From Candidatus Latescibacterota bacterium (GTDB lineage: Bacteria > Latescibacterota > UBA2968 > GCA-2709665): DNA of 64,000 bases. Of the stretch, positions 1 to 9,242 are shown piece after piece (positions within the stretch are counted from its first letter, which is position 1; each line of letters opens with the position of its first letter). A program made the position numbers and the translations under genes. The DNA is taken from the NCBI GenBank assembly GCA_965219995.1, contig CBDCOX010000002.1:128001-192000 (forward strand), read 5' to 3'. The notes beneath the pieces are model-generated. The model worked only from the letters and a program-made list of their open reading frames with translations. It made no database searches and was not told the origin of the DNA.

Positions 1-190
1 TCTCTGCCGCGAGGACTTCGACGCGTTGTCTGGCCTCTTCGAGCCGCGCGCGGCATTGGTTCGACGCCTTCAGTCCCTCTTCGAAGAGTCGAAGCGCTTC
101 CGCCAGGGGCAGGTTGCCGCCTTCCAGGGTCTCTACAGCGGTCTCGAGTTTTTTCAACGCCTCTTCGAAAGTGGGTTCTTCCTCGGCCAT
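1..190 (-). CDS. xseB: Exodeoxyribonuclease VII small subunit (runs off window start)
   Basis: Hand translation from ATG at 190: MAEEEPTFEEALKKLETAVETLEGGNLPLAEALRLFEEGLKASNQCRARLEEARQRVEVL, typical XseB; directly downstream of xseA. Not in ORF track. Confidence 0.93.
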   Translation of the reverse strand, partial: MAEEEPTFEEALKKLETAVETLEGGNLPLAEALRLFEEGLKASNQCRARLEEARQRVEVLAAE

Positions 191-275
191 CGGATTCCTC
201 GTGGGTGTGAAGGGCCTGCCATGTCTGAGCCTTCCTCCGAACCGCGCAGCCGTCCGGAGGAAATGCCGGTGACGC

Positions 276-1487
276 TCAAGTCACTGTCGGACTTTCTGCC
301 AGAATACTGTCGACCGTGCAGAAGATTTCGCCGCTGGACAGGCGAACGCGGACCTGTTCGTCTTTCGCAAGCGAATCGGCCCGGGTGACCAGCGCGTTGT
401 CGTCGGCCCGATGCGTGAGGCTGTACCCCCGGCTAAGGACGGAGAGCGGGCTGAGCGCACCGAGTTCGACGGTGCGGCGCCGATACGAGTCCAGGCGCCG
501 ATCGAAACTGCGCCTGAGGCCGTTCTGAAGGCCCCTCTGAAGGTCGTCGACGGCCTGGATGTTCTGGAGGATGGTGTCTTCGACCTTACGCAATCCGTAC
601 CGGCCCATGTAGCCGCTGAGCAGGTCCTGGTTCTCTTTCAGATAGCGGTTCAGTGCGACGCAGGAACGCCTCGCAAGGTTTTGAATCCGGGCACGCAACT
701 CCTCGGCGTCGCGAACGGCCAGTTCGGCCGCCGCCGACGGCGTGGGAGCCCTGCAATCGGCGGCAAGGTCGGCCAGGGTGACGTCAACTTCGTGTCCCAC
801 GGCGGAGATTACGGGAATGCCGGAGCCGCAGATGGCGCGAACGACGACCTCGGTGTTGAACGCCGCCAGGTCTTCCACGGAACCACCGCCGCGACCCACG
901 ATCAGCACGTCGGCCTTGCCGTGCGCATTCAGCTCTTCGATGGCAAGCGCGATGTCTTCCGGTGCGCCGGCGCCTTGAACCAGCGTCGGCCGGAGTATGA
1001 TGTTGACACCGGGAAATCGCCTTTCCAACACATTCAGAATGTCCCGAATCGCCGCTCCCGTGCGGGACGTGGCCACACCGATCGACAGCGGGAAGGCCGG
1101 AAGCGCGCGTTTCCGCGCCTGATCGAACAGCCCTTCCTCCTGAAGCCTGCGCTTGAGCGCTTCCAGTGCGATCTGTTGCTGGCCGCTGCCGGCGGGGAAG
1201 AGCTGCGAGACGATCAGCTGGTACTCGCCGTTGCGTTCATAGACCGTAATCCGCCCTCTGGCGAGCACCTTGACGCCGGTTTCGGGCTGAAATGCCGGCG
1301 TCGCAGACCGCCACATCACGCACCGGAGCTGGCAGGTCCGGTCGATGAGGGTAAAGTAACGATGGCCCGAAGCCGCCTGGTTGTATTGGGATATTTCACC
1401 CACAATCCACAGGACGGGGAATTCCGCTTCGAGGTTTTTTCGGATTGCCTGCGTTATTTCTGTAACGGTATAGGGCCGTTCCGCCAC
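276..1487 (-). CDS. xseA: Exodeoxyribonuclease VII large subunit
   Basis: GEIS..SGHRYFTL OB fold, TSRTGAAIRD, GRGGGSVEDL, SAVGHEVD, APTPSAAAE, VLSRGYS. GTG at 1487 follows AGGAG. Confidence 0.96.
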   Translation of the reverse strand: MAERPYTVTEITQAIRKNLEAEFPVLWIVGEISQYNQAASGHRYFTLIDRTCQLRCVMWRSATPAFQPETGVKVLARGRITVYERNGEYQLIVSQLFPAGSGQQQIALEALKRRLQEEGLFDQARKRALPAFPLSIGVATSRTGAAIRDILNVLERRFPGVNIILRPTLVQGAGAPEDIALAIEELNAHGKADVLIVGRGGGSVEDLAAFNTEVVVRAICGSGIPVISAVGHEVDVTLADLAADCRAPTPSAAAELAVRDAEELRARIQNLARRSCVALNRYLKENQDLLSGYMGRYGLRKVEDTILQNIQAVDDLQRGLQNGLRRSFDRRLDSYRRRTVELGALSPLSVLSRGYSLTHRADDNALVTRADSLAKDEQVRVRLSSGEIFCTVDSILAESPTVT

Positions 1488-1489
1488 GG

Positions 1490-2278
1490 TCAGGACTCCT
1501 GCCAGTCGATCCGCAGTCGTTCGATGCGGGTGGCTCTGCCGGATTCGTCTTCGACTTCCACGATAACGCCGCAAAGCTTGATATCGTTTACCGCCGGCTC
1601 AAACCGTACAGGCGTCCGATCCAGAAACCGATGGATCACGGCCTCCTTCCGCGCGCCGATCACGGAGTCGTGGGGGCCGGTCATGCCGGCATCCGACACG
1701 TAAGCCGTTCCTCCCGGCAGAATGCGCTCGTCGGCGGTCTGTACGTGGGTGTGGGTGCCAAGAACGGCGCTGGCGCGGCCGTCCATAAACCATCCGTACG
1801 CGATTTTTTCGGAACTCGCCTCCGCGTGAAAATCGATGAAAATCACGTGAGTCTGCCGGCGAAGGCGGTCCACGATATCCCTGCCGACGCGAAAGGGGCA
1901 GTCCAGGTCCAGCATATGCACCCGGCCCTGGATGCAGACCACGCCGACAGAAATCCCGTTCGATGCGGTGAAGATGCCGTAGCCGGTCCCGCCGACGCTC
2001 TCCGGGAAATTCGCCGGCCTCAGAACGCGGTCGGCGCCGAGTATGTACGGGATGGCGTCCTTTCGGTCCCAGACGTGGTTTCCCGTGGTGATCACGTCGG
2101 CGCCGTACGCGAAGAGTTTTTTTGCGATGTTTTCCGTAAGGCCGAAGCCGCCGGCGGCGTTCTCTCCGTTGGCGATACAGAAATCGATCTGATGGCTTTC
2201 CCTGAGCCGGGGAATCAGATCGGCGGCCGCTTTTCTGCCCGGCTTGCCGTAGATATCGCCGACAAACAGAATATTCAA
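1490..2278 (-). CDS. ymdB: YmdB-family (TIGR00282) metallophosphoesterase
   Basis: GDIYGKPG, NGENAAGG, TGNHVWD, DFHAEASSEK, GTHTHVQTADE; conserved position after rny. Confidence 0.93.
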   Translation of the reverse strand: MNILFVGDIYGKPGRKAAADLIPRLRESHQIDFCIANGENAAGGFGLTENIAKKLFAYGADVITTGNHVWDRKDAIPYILGADRVLRPANFPESVGGTGYGIFTASNGISVGVVCIQGRVHMLDLDCPFRVGRDIVDRLRRQTHVIFIDFHAEASSEKIAYGWFMDGRASAVLGTHTHVQTADERILPGGTAYVSDAGMTGPHDSVIGARKEAVIHRFLDRTPVRFEPAVNDIKLCGVIVEVEDESGRATRIERLRIDWQES

Positions 2279-2426
2279 GTGGACACCTGTAAATTACGGT
2301 CAAGGATTGGCGTCGCGTTCCACGCCGCGCGCGGGCGAATCAACCGTGTACGGAAGAACAACAGGTAACGGACAGCGGAGCATCGGGATTCGGTCGCAGG
2401 GGGAAGCAGCGACTGCGCCGGAGACA

Positions 2427-4013
2427 TCAGCGCGCGAAGTCCACTGAACGCGTTTCTCTGATGACGGTTACCTTGACCGGCCCGGGGCAGGTGGCGTCTT
2501 CCGTGAGCCGGGAAACGATCTGCGTGGCCAGGCGTTCCGTGTCGGCGTCGCTCATCATATCGGAGTCCGCCACGACACGGACCTCCTGCCCGGCCTTGAT
2601 GGCGAAGACCGATTCGACGCCCTGTACCATCTTGGCGATGGACTCCAGTCGTTCCAGACGTCGGACGTAATTCTCGATCTGTTCGCGCTGCGCGCCCGGC
2701 CGCGACCTTGAAATCGAGTCGGCCGCGTCGACCAGTACGGCAACCGGCGAAATCGGGTCCGAATCTCCATGATGCGCCTCGATTGCGTTTATCACAACGG
2801 CGTCTTCACCGTATTTGCGCGCCAGATCGGCTCCATTCTCTCCGTACGTGCCCTCGGCTTCATGCGCCAGCCCTTTGCCGATGTCGTGAAGCAATCCCGC
2901 GCGTTTGGCCAGTTGGGCGTCGAGCCCGAGCGAAGTGGCCATCATCCCTGAAAGAAAGGCCACCTCTTTGCTGTGATTCAGTACGTTCTGACCGTAGCTC
3001 GTGCGGTATTTGAGTCGGCCCAGGCAAGCGATGAGTCGATCGTGCAGGCCAGGCACGCCCGCGTCGAATGCCGCCTGGACGCCGGCATCGTGCATGACCT
3101 CCTGAATCGACTCCCTCGACTTCTGCACGATTTCTTCGATCCGACCCGGGTGGATGCGCCCGTCCAGAATCAGCTGTTCCATGGCAATCTGCGCGATCGC
3201 GCGGCGGATGGGGTCGAACCCCGACAGGATAACCGCTTCGGGCGTGTCGTCGATTGTGACATCCACGCCCGTGGCCATTTCAAAGGCCCGGATATTTCGG
3301 CCCTCACGCCCGATAATCCGCCCTTTCATCTCATCGGAAGGCAGGCGTACGACCGCAACGGTGGACTCGATGGTATGGTCAGCCGCCAACCGTTGAATCG
3401 CTCCGGCGATGATTTCCCGGGCTTCATCGTTTGCCCGGACGAGTGCGTCGTCACGAATTTCCTTCAGCCGCCATTCCGCATCGCGTTCCGCCTCCGATTC
3501 CATGTTGGCCATCAGTACCCGCTTTGCCTCTTCCTTCGTAAGACCCGCGATCTGTTCCAGGCGCCTGTTCTGTCTCAGACGACCCTGTTCAAGTTCCCGT
3601 GCCCGGTCCGCGAGCTGCTCCTCCAGCAACCCGAGCTGCTCATTTTTCTCCGTAGCCAGTTTTTCCTTGTCGTTCAACAGGTCCGCACGCTTGTCGAGCT
3701 GCCGTCTGAGGCTGCTCAGTTTCGACTCCTCCCTGTTGGACCGATCGCGTTTTTCTTCCAGTTCCTGATCGAACCGGAGCCGCTCCTGCTGGATCCTGTC
3801 TTTGGCCTCCAGGACCGCCGTCCGCTTCATTGCGTCCGCTTCGGTCCGGGCATCTTCCAGAATTTTCTCCGCGGAGAGTTCGGCGCGATGAATCTTGCGC
3901 TTCGCGATCTTGCCGCTGATCAGCCATCCCAGAATGAATCCCAGTATAAGCAGCCCGGCCGACAGCGTGATGATTGTCACGACTTCCATGGTCGTGTCTA
4001 TCGGCAGGTTCAT
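2427..4013 (-). CDS. rny: Ribonuclease Y
   Basis: N-terminal TM helix, coiled coil, KH domain (KGRIIGREGRNIR), HD domain (YRTSYGQN..H, GLLHDIGK). ATG at 4013 after GGAGG. Confidence 0.95.
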   Translation of the reverse strand: MNLPIDTTMEVVTIITLSAGLLILGFILGWLISGKIAKRKIHRAELSAEKILEDARTEADAMKRTAVLEAKDRIQQERLRFDQELEEKRDRSNREESKLSSLRRQLDKRADLLNDKEKLATEKNEQLGLLEEQLADRARELEQGRLRQNRRLEQIAGLTKEEAKRVLMANMESEAERDAEWRLKEIRDDALVRANDEAREIIAGAIQRLAADHTIESTVAVVRLPSDEMKGRIIGREGRNIRAFEMATGVDVTIDDTPEAVILSGFDPIRRAIAQIAMEQLILDGRIHPGRIEEIVQKSRESIQEVMHDAGVQAAFDAGVPGLHDRLIACLGRLKYRTSYGQNVLNHSKEVAFLSGMMATSLGLDAQLAKRAGLLHDIGKGLAHEAEGTYGENGADLARKYGEDAVVINAIEAHHGDSDPISPVAVLVDAADSISRSRPGAQREQIENYVRRLERLESIAKMVQGVESVFAIKAGQEVRVVADSDMMSDADTERLATQIVSRLTEDATCPGPVKVTVIRETRSVDFAR

Positions 4014-4051
4014 TTCGGCCTCCACGTCAATTGGGACCACGCGTCAATGCG

Positions 4052-4088
4052 TAAATAAAAAAAACCCGGCATAAATAAAAAAAACCCG
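4052..4088. repeat. 17-bp exact direct repeat TAAATAAAAAAAACCCG x2 (20-bp period)
   Basis: Copies at 4052-4068 and 4072-4088; on the minus strand each reads CGGG-T8-ATTTA, a duplicated terminator-like tail. Confidence 0.9.
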
Positions 4089-4268
4089 CTTGCGCTCATC
4101 CGGTTCCGCATATCCCGTCCGGGTAACGGTGATCGCTCCGGATGGTTACAGATGAACGCAGCAGGCAGCACCGGAATCGTCGATCCGGCAGGGGTGCGCG
4201 GAATTGCCCGCACGCCCTTAATGTTCGAGGTCGTCTCTACGCAATCCGGTTTGTTAAAGAGGCAAGAT
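4085..4268 (-). ncRNA. ssrS: Probable 6S RNA (boundaries approximate)
   Basis: Canonical zapA-6S-rny position. About 180 nt can fold by eye into a rod: GGGCGTGCGGGCA pairs with TGCCTGCTGCGTTC, AU-rich bubble GAACATTAA/ATCTGTAACCA, ends at a U-tract. Confidence 0.55.
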
Positions 4269-4521
4269 TTCGGGTTTTTTCCGTCAGGGTATGACCCAAC
4301 TTCCGACTGGCTTCTTCCTCTTTGAGCAGTTCGTGCGCGAGATTGACGGCGGCTACGACTGCAATCTTGGCAACCGAACGAAGTGAAATGGTATTCGCGA
4401 CGTCACGCATTTTCAGGTCGACGTACCGTGCCACGGCCCGGGCATGGTCCGGGTCGCCTTCCGAGTGGATGTTGTATTCGGTGCCGAAGATCTGGACGCA
4501 TATTACCGGTTGTTCAGACAT
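4237..4521 (-). CDS. zapA: Cell division protein ZapA
   Basis: VQIFGTEYNI..VARYVDLKMRDV..KIAVVAAVNLAHELL, standard ZapA pattern. Confidence 0.9.
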   Translation of the reverse strand: MSEQPVICVQIFGTEYNIHSEGDPDHARAVARYVDLKMRDVANTISLRSVAKIAVVAAVNLAHELLKEEEASRKLGHTLTEKTRNLASLTNRIA

Positions 4522-4588
4522 GAAACCTCGGGACATCCGGACGCGGGGTGAAGCTCTGCGGCGCGGCGTGGATGTCGGCGGCGCTGTT

Positions 4589-5242
4589 TTACGCTGTGTT
4601 CACTGAATCCAGACGCGAGATCATGGTTTCGATTTTGCGTTGGATCTCCTCCTTGTTCTCAATCAGTGACGCATTGTTATCGTAAATGGACCGGAGGCGT
4701 TCCCTTTCCGCCTGCAATCCGGAGATCGCCTGGTCCTTTTCTTCCAGCTGTCGCTGAAGTTCCCGGTTTCTCTCATTGAGTTCGGCGTTCTGCTGTCGCA
4801 ATTGCCGGATGATCCCGACAGCACGGTCGATTTCACTTAACAGGTGATCCAGCTGCCCGGTCACCCGGTTCTCCGACTCCAACCGGTCTGCTTCAAGGTC
4901 GGCGGCGTCTGCTTGCCCGTCAGTCCGTTCCTCCGTTTCAACCCGCGGTTCTTCAGCTTCCTCCGAATCCGCGGGTTCGTCCGAAGGGTCAACGGATTCG
5001 ATGGGTTGGTCCTGTCGATCGCGGAGATCGAGCTGCCCGTCTTCCGGGTTTTCGAGTTCCGTCCGTTCGTCTGCTTCGAGGACGGCCTCGAAGGCGTCTT
5101 CGTCCCGATCTCGGAGATGGAGCTGTCCGTGTTCCTGTTCGTCTGTTGCGGTCGTTCCGTCCGTCGGACCGTCGGTTTCGAAAGGTTCGTCGTCCCCGAT
5201 TCCCGACTCCGGCTGTTCGTTCACCCGATCCTGCGCTTCCAT
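4589..5242 (-). CDS. ZapB-like coiled-coil protein with long acidic N-terminal extension
   Basis: C-terminal ~90 aa coiled coil (LDHLLSEIDRAVGIIRQLRQQN..EIQRKIETMISRLD) just upstream of zapA; N-terminal part is D/E-rich and low complexity. Confidence 0.7.
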   Translation of the reverse strand: MEAQDRVNEQPESGIGDDEPFETDGPTDGTTATDEQEHGQLHLRDRDEDAFEAVLEADERTELENPEDGQLDLRDRQDQPIESVDPSDEPADSEEAEEPRVETEERTDGQADAADLEADRLESENRVTGQLDHLLSEIDRAVGIIRQLRQQNAELNERNRELQRQLEEKDQAISGLQAERERLRSIYDNNASLIENKEEIQRKIETMISRLDSVNTA

Positions 5243-5331
5243 GGTCTCACCCTTTCGTGGATGACGTCGTTTTCGGTCCGTTTGTACAGTCAGAGAGCAC
5301 AAATCCGCGTGTGTGTCTCCCTGCTTTGAGA

Positions 5332-5360
5332 AATGTAAACCCTCCATGGCCTGAAGTCAA
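5332..5360 (-). promoter_or_regulatory. Sigma70-type promoter for zapB-like/zapA
   Basis: TTGACT-17 nt-TACATT on minus strand. Confidence 0.55.
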
Positions 5361-5443
5361 GGGCGGGATACCGTTTGTACGGGGAGCGAAAACGGAATCG
5401 GGGTGGATTCCAGGGGACGCCTTTTCGATGGATTCTGCAGGTT

Positions 5444-5797
5444 CTACAGGGCTCGTCGAGCCTGTTCCGCCAGCGCCGTGAACGCTGCTGCATCCGTGAT
5501 GGCGAGGTTGGCAAGGACTTTTCTGTCAACCGCAATGTCGGCTTTTTTAAGGCCGTTGATCAGGCTGCTGTACGAGAGTCCGTTCAGCCGGGCGGCGGCA
5601 TTGATTCGAACGATCCACAGAGAGCGGAAATTCCTCTTTTTCTGGCGACGGTCCCTGTATGCATAGGAAAGCGCTCGATGAACGGCGTCGTCTGCGGTGC
5701 GGTAAAGCTTGCTTCGTCCTCCGCGGTAGCCTCGCGCGGCTTTGAGGACCTTTTTTCGCCTGCGCCGGGATGCGACGCTATTCGTTGTTCTGGCCAT
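5444..5797 (-). CDS. rplT: 50S ribosomal protein L20
   Basis: [52 protein letters not shown]. Confidence 0.98.
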   Translation of the reverse strand: MARTTNSVASRRRRKKVLKAARGYRGGRSKLYRTADDAVHRALSYAYRDRRQKKRNFRSLWIVRINAAARLNGLSYSSLINGLKKADIAVDRKVLANLAITDAAAFTALAEQARRAL

Positions 5798-5924
5798 ATC
5801 GATGGTCTCCTGGTCGTGCCTGGCAGTGCCGGGAGCACTCTCCGGCTCCTTTCCGCCATGGTCTCAATTCAAAATCCGCACCGAGGCGGAAAGAGCACTT
5901 GCGTTTTCGCAGCGCAGCTGCCCG

Positions 5925-6119
5925 TCAGTTGGGTAGCAGGCGTTGAACCCGGTCCTGGTCGGATTTGTGTACCACGGTGGACTTCCGCAGGTGCATCTTG
6001 CGTTTGCTGCTTTTGCTCGTCAGGTTATGCGTGACCGTTGACTTTCTGCGGCCGATCGTACCGGATTTCCGGCGCTTGAAACGTTTCGCGGCTCCCCGGT
6101 GGGTTTTCATTTTGGGCAC
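5925..6119 (-). CDS. rpmI: 50S ribosomal protein L35
   Basis: (V)[14 protein letters not shown]..; between infC and rplT; GTG start after AGGAG. Confidence 0.96.
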   Translation of the reverse strand: MPKMKTHRGAAKRFKRRKSGTIGRRKSTVTHNLTSKSSKRKMHLRKSTVVHKSDQDRVQRLLPN

Positions 6120-6260
6120 GTTCAACTCCTTGGCAAAGTTCATTAGTATGCCGCACGCGCGGGTGCGGCAGCGGAGGGCCGGTCCGGACGGACCGGAGAC
6201 ATCCGGGTCTTTCCCGACGTTGTGTTCCGATGCCTCGCGTGCCGGCGCCTACGGCGGATG

Positions 6261-6797
6261 TTATTTCGGAGCGATAATGATGACGATGTTGCGACCCTCG
6301 TCCTTGATAGGCACTTCGGTCGCACCGATCTCCCGAAGGTCCTCTTCGGCGCGTTCCAGAAGCTCTCTGCCCTGCATTCGGTACATATTCTGCCGGCCGC
6401 GGAACTCTACCGTGATTCTGACTTTGTGCCGGTGTTTCAGGAAGTTCTCCGCGTGGCGAATCTTGAATTCGTAATCGTGGTCGCTGATCCGGGGGCCCAG
6501 GCGTATCTCTTTCAGTTGCGACCCGCTCCTCTTTCCCTTTTTCTGTTTCTTGCTCTGCTCGTATCGGTACTTGCCGTAATTCATGATCCGGCAGACCGGC
6601 GGTCGGGCGTTGGGAGCGACTTCGACCAGGTCGAGTTCGGCTTCCTGCGCCATTTCCATCGCTTTCCGGGTTTCAACGATGCCGACCTGTTCACCCTCGT
6701 TATCGACAAGCCGGACCTGAGGTATGCGGATCTGCTCGTTGACGCGGGGCGCCCTTTCCTGCTTTCGATCTCTGAAAACTCTTCGACCTCTGTTGAT
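6261..6797 (-). CDS. infC: Translation initiation factor IF-3 (probable ATC start)
   Basis: RVNEQIRIPQVRLVD, LDLVEVAPNARPPVCRIMNYGKY, KEIRLGPRISDHD. GGAGGTGA SD precedes in-frame ATC at 6797. Confidence 0.95.
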   Translation of the reverse strand: MNRGRRVFRDRKQERAPRVNEQIRIPQVRLVDNEGEQVGIVETRKAMEMAQEAELDLVEVAPNARPPVCRIMNYGKYRYEQSKKQKKGKRSGSQLKEIRLGPRISDHDYEFKIRHAENFLKHRHKVRITVEFRGRQNMYRMQGRELLERAEEDLREIGATEVPIKDEGRNIVIIIAPK

Positions 6798-6855
6798 ACC
6801 GATCACCTCCGAAATTGGTCCGTGCCGTCTCGGGCCAAATTGGAAAAATAGGGAC

Positions 6856-8793
6856 TCAGGTGGCGCGCTTCGTCTCGACTTCCTGCTGCATCCTGGCAAT
6901 CAGATCGAGCGTGGACATTCTTCCGAGGTCGCCGGCGCCATGTCTGCGGACCGAAATGGTTTGCGCGGCGACTTCCTGTTTTCCCACAATGATCATGTAC
7001 GGAATTTTCTGGACTTCGGCCTCGCGGATTTTGAATCCGAGCTTTGCGTCCTGCGGGTCCACTTCGGCGCGGAGACCCGCGCTGGTGAGGCGGCTGGCGA
7101 CCTCTACGGCGTATTCGACAAAGGGATCGGATACGGGAAGTACGACGGCCTGCACAGGCGCAAGCCAGAGCGGGAAGTTTCCCGCGTAATGTTCGATCAG
7201 CAGGCCGAAGAACCGTTCCATGGCGCCCAGAAGGGCGCGATGGACCATATACGGGCGGTGAAATTTCCCGTCGGATCCGACAAAGCTGAGGTCGAAGCGT
7301 TCCGGAAGGTTAAAGTCGAACTGAATGGTGGTGCATTGCCACTCCCTGTTCAGAGCGTCGTTGATGGTCACGTCGATCTTGGGGCCGTAGAACGCGCCGG
7401 CGCCTTCGTCGATCCGATAGGGCAACTTCTGGGTGTCGACGGCCCGCTTGAGCGCGTCGGTGGCTCTTTCCCAGTCGGCGGGATCTCCAACCGCTTTATC
7501 GGGCCGCGTGGAGATGTATACGTTGAAGTCCTCAAAGCCGAATGACTTGAGGATGAACATCGTGAAGTCGATCACCCGTGCGACTTCCTCCTCCACCTGG
7601 TCCGGGCGACAGAAGATATGGGCGTCGTCCTGGGTGAATCCGCGCACGCGCAACAGGCCGTGAAGCGTACCGGCCATTTCGTAGCGGTAGACGGTGCCCA
7701 GCTCCGCCCATCGAAAGGGAAGCTCCCTATAGCTGCGCCGCCGCGATTTGTAGATGAGGCTGTGGAAGGGGCAATTCATCGGTTTGGCGAAATAGGCCTG
7801 ACCGTCGATATCCATCGGGGGGTACATGTTCTCGTGGAAGAAATCCAGGTGGCCGCTGGTTTCCCAGAGCCGCGAGCGGCCGATGTGGGGCGAACCGACC
7901 AGGTCGTACCCGCCGCCGTAGTGCGCTTCGCGCCAGAAATCTTCGATCTGGTTCCTGATTCGCGCGCCCTTTGGATGCCAGAGCACCAGGCCGGGTCCGG
8001 CGGTATCGTTTATCGAAAAGAGATCGAGGCGCCCGCCGATGGTGCGGTGGTCGCGGTTCCTGGCTTCTTCCAGGTACTCCAGATAAGCGTCGAGGTCTTT
8101 CCGGCCCGGAAACGAGATGCCGTAGATGCGCTGGAGCATCACGTTGTTCTCGTCTCCCCGCCAGTATGCGCCCGAGGAACTCAGCAGTTTGACCGACTTG
8201 ATGCGGCCGGTGTCGGGGACATGCGGCCCGCGGCAGAGGTCCAGCCATCTGTCTGCATTCTTATAGATGCTGATGGTTTCGCCGGGTTCGATTTCCTCCA
8301 GGATTTCCAGTTTATAGGTTTCGCCGCGCGCACTGAACAGGTCGATCGCGGCCTCCCGGGTGATCTCCTGGCGCTCGAAGGGCTGGGCTTCCGCAATGAG
8401 TTCGCGCATGCGGACTTCAATCCGATGCAATTCGTCCGGCGTGAATGGCTTTTCGCGGTCGAAGTCGTAATAGAAGCCGTTTTCGATGGGCGGGCCCAGT
8501 GTGACTTTCACGTCCGGAAAAAGGTCCTGAACCGCCTGCGCCATGATATGGGCCGTGCTGTGCCAGTACACTTCCTTGCCGGCGTCGCTGGAGAAGGTGA
8601 GGATCTCCAGGTCGGCGTTGCCATCCAGTGACGACGTGAGATCCACGGCCCGGCCGTTGACCTTGCCGGCCAGCGCCGCGCGCGCAAGACCCGATCCGAT
8701 GGATTCGGCCACCTGCAGGATGGTGACGCCGGCGCGAAAGTCTTTTCGCGAGCCGTCGGGCAGTGTGACCGTGATTTTTTCGTTTTCAGCCAT
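6856..8793 (-). CDS. thrS: Threonine--tRNA ligase
   Basis: TGS domain (ITVTLPDGS), HSTAHIMA, DLCRGPHV, KPMNCPFH, RVRGFTQDDAHIF, GAFYGPKID. Start MAENEK at 8793. Confidence 0.98.
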   Translation of the reverse strand: MAENEKITVTLPDGSRKDFRAGVTILQVAESIGSGLARAALAGKVNGRAVDLTSSLDGNADLEILTFSSDAGKEVYWHSTAHIMAQAVQDLFPDVKVTLGPPIENGFYYDFDREKPFTPDELHRIEVRMRELIAEAQPFERQEITREAAIDLFSARGETYKLEILEEIEPGETISIYKNADRWLDLCRGPHVPDTGRIKSVKLLSSSGAYWRGDENNVMLQRIYGISFPGRKDLDAYLEYLEEARNRDHRTIGGRLDLFSINDTAGPGLVLWHPKGARIRNQIEDFWREAHYGGGYDLVGSPHIGRSRLWETSGHLDFFHENMYPPMDIDGQAYFAKPMNCPFHSLIYKSRRRSYRELPFRWAELGTVYRYEMAGTLHGLLRVRGFTQDDAHIFCRPDQVEEEVARVIDFTMFILKSFGFEDFNVYISTRPDKAVGDPADWERATDALKRAVDTQKLPYRIDEGAGAFYGPKIDVTINDALNREWQCTTIQFDFNLPERFDLSFVGSDGKFHRPYMVHRALLGAMERFFGLLIEHYAGNFPLWLAPVQAVVLPVSDPFVEYAVEVASRLTSAGLRAEVDPQDAKLGFKIREAEVQKIPYMIIVGKQEVAAQTISVRRHGAGDLGRMSTLDLIARMQQEVETKRAT

Positions 8794-8950
8794 GGTTTCC
8801 GATGAATTACCGGCCCATATCCGGTTTCTGAAACAGCTCGAATCGCGACCCGCCGAAACTGGCCTGGTCAGATAATGGCCTGAGTCTCTGCGATAGTACG
8901 ATGGAAACGCTCTTCCGCGTTCGAATATACGGTTGTGTGGCATCCGGTAT

Positions 8951-9103
8951 AAAAAAAACGCGCGACCTTCCCGCTTGCGCGTCGAAATCAGCAAAGCACC
9001 TTGTGACAACCGGCCCTTTCCGTTGATACTCCTCCGCAAGAAGGTTCGCAGGTACGCAATTATATTATCAGCCAAATTTAAATTATCGCGGACGGGATGT
9101 CAA
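8951..9103 (-). promoter_or_regulatory. Promoter plus structured, terminator-containing leader upstream of thrS
   Basis: TTGACA(9103-9098)-17-TAAATT(9080-9075), then GCGAACCTTCTTGCG pairing with CGCAAGCGGGAAGGTCGC, alternative ACGCGC/GCGCGT hairpin, then T8. Confidence 0.6.
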
Positions 9104-9242
9104 GCGAAAACTCCCGAAATCATCGCATCGCAAAAGGGGGTTCCGGCACATGAACGCGACCTTGATGCACGACGTTTCATATTCCCGATGTGGTCCCCAA
9201 TCAGGTCCGCGCACGTCCGGCGTCGGGGCTGCGGGCGGCACA

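Noticed and set aside
8951-9068. T-box riboswitch or SRP RNA
   Set aside because: Neither the T-box consensus nor the SRP CAGG..GGAA..AGCA motif is present.
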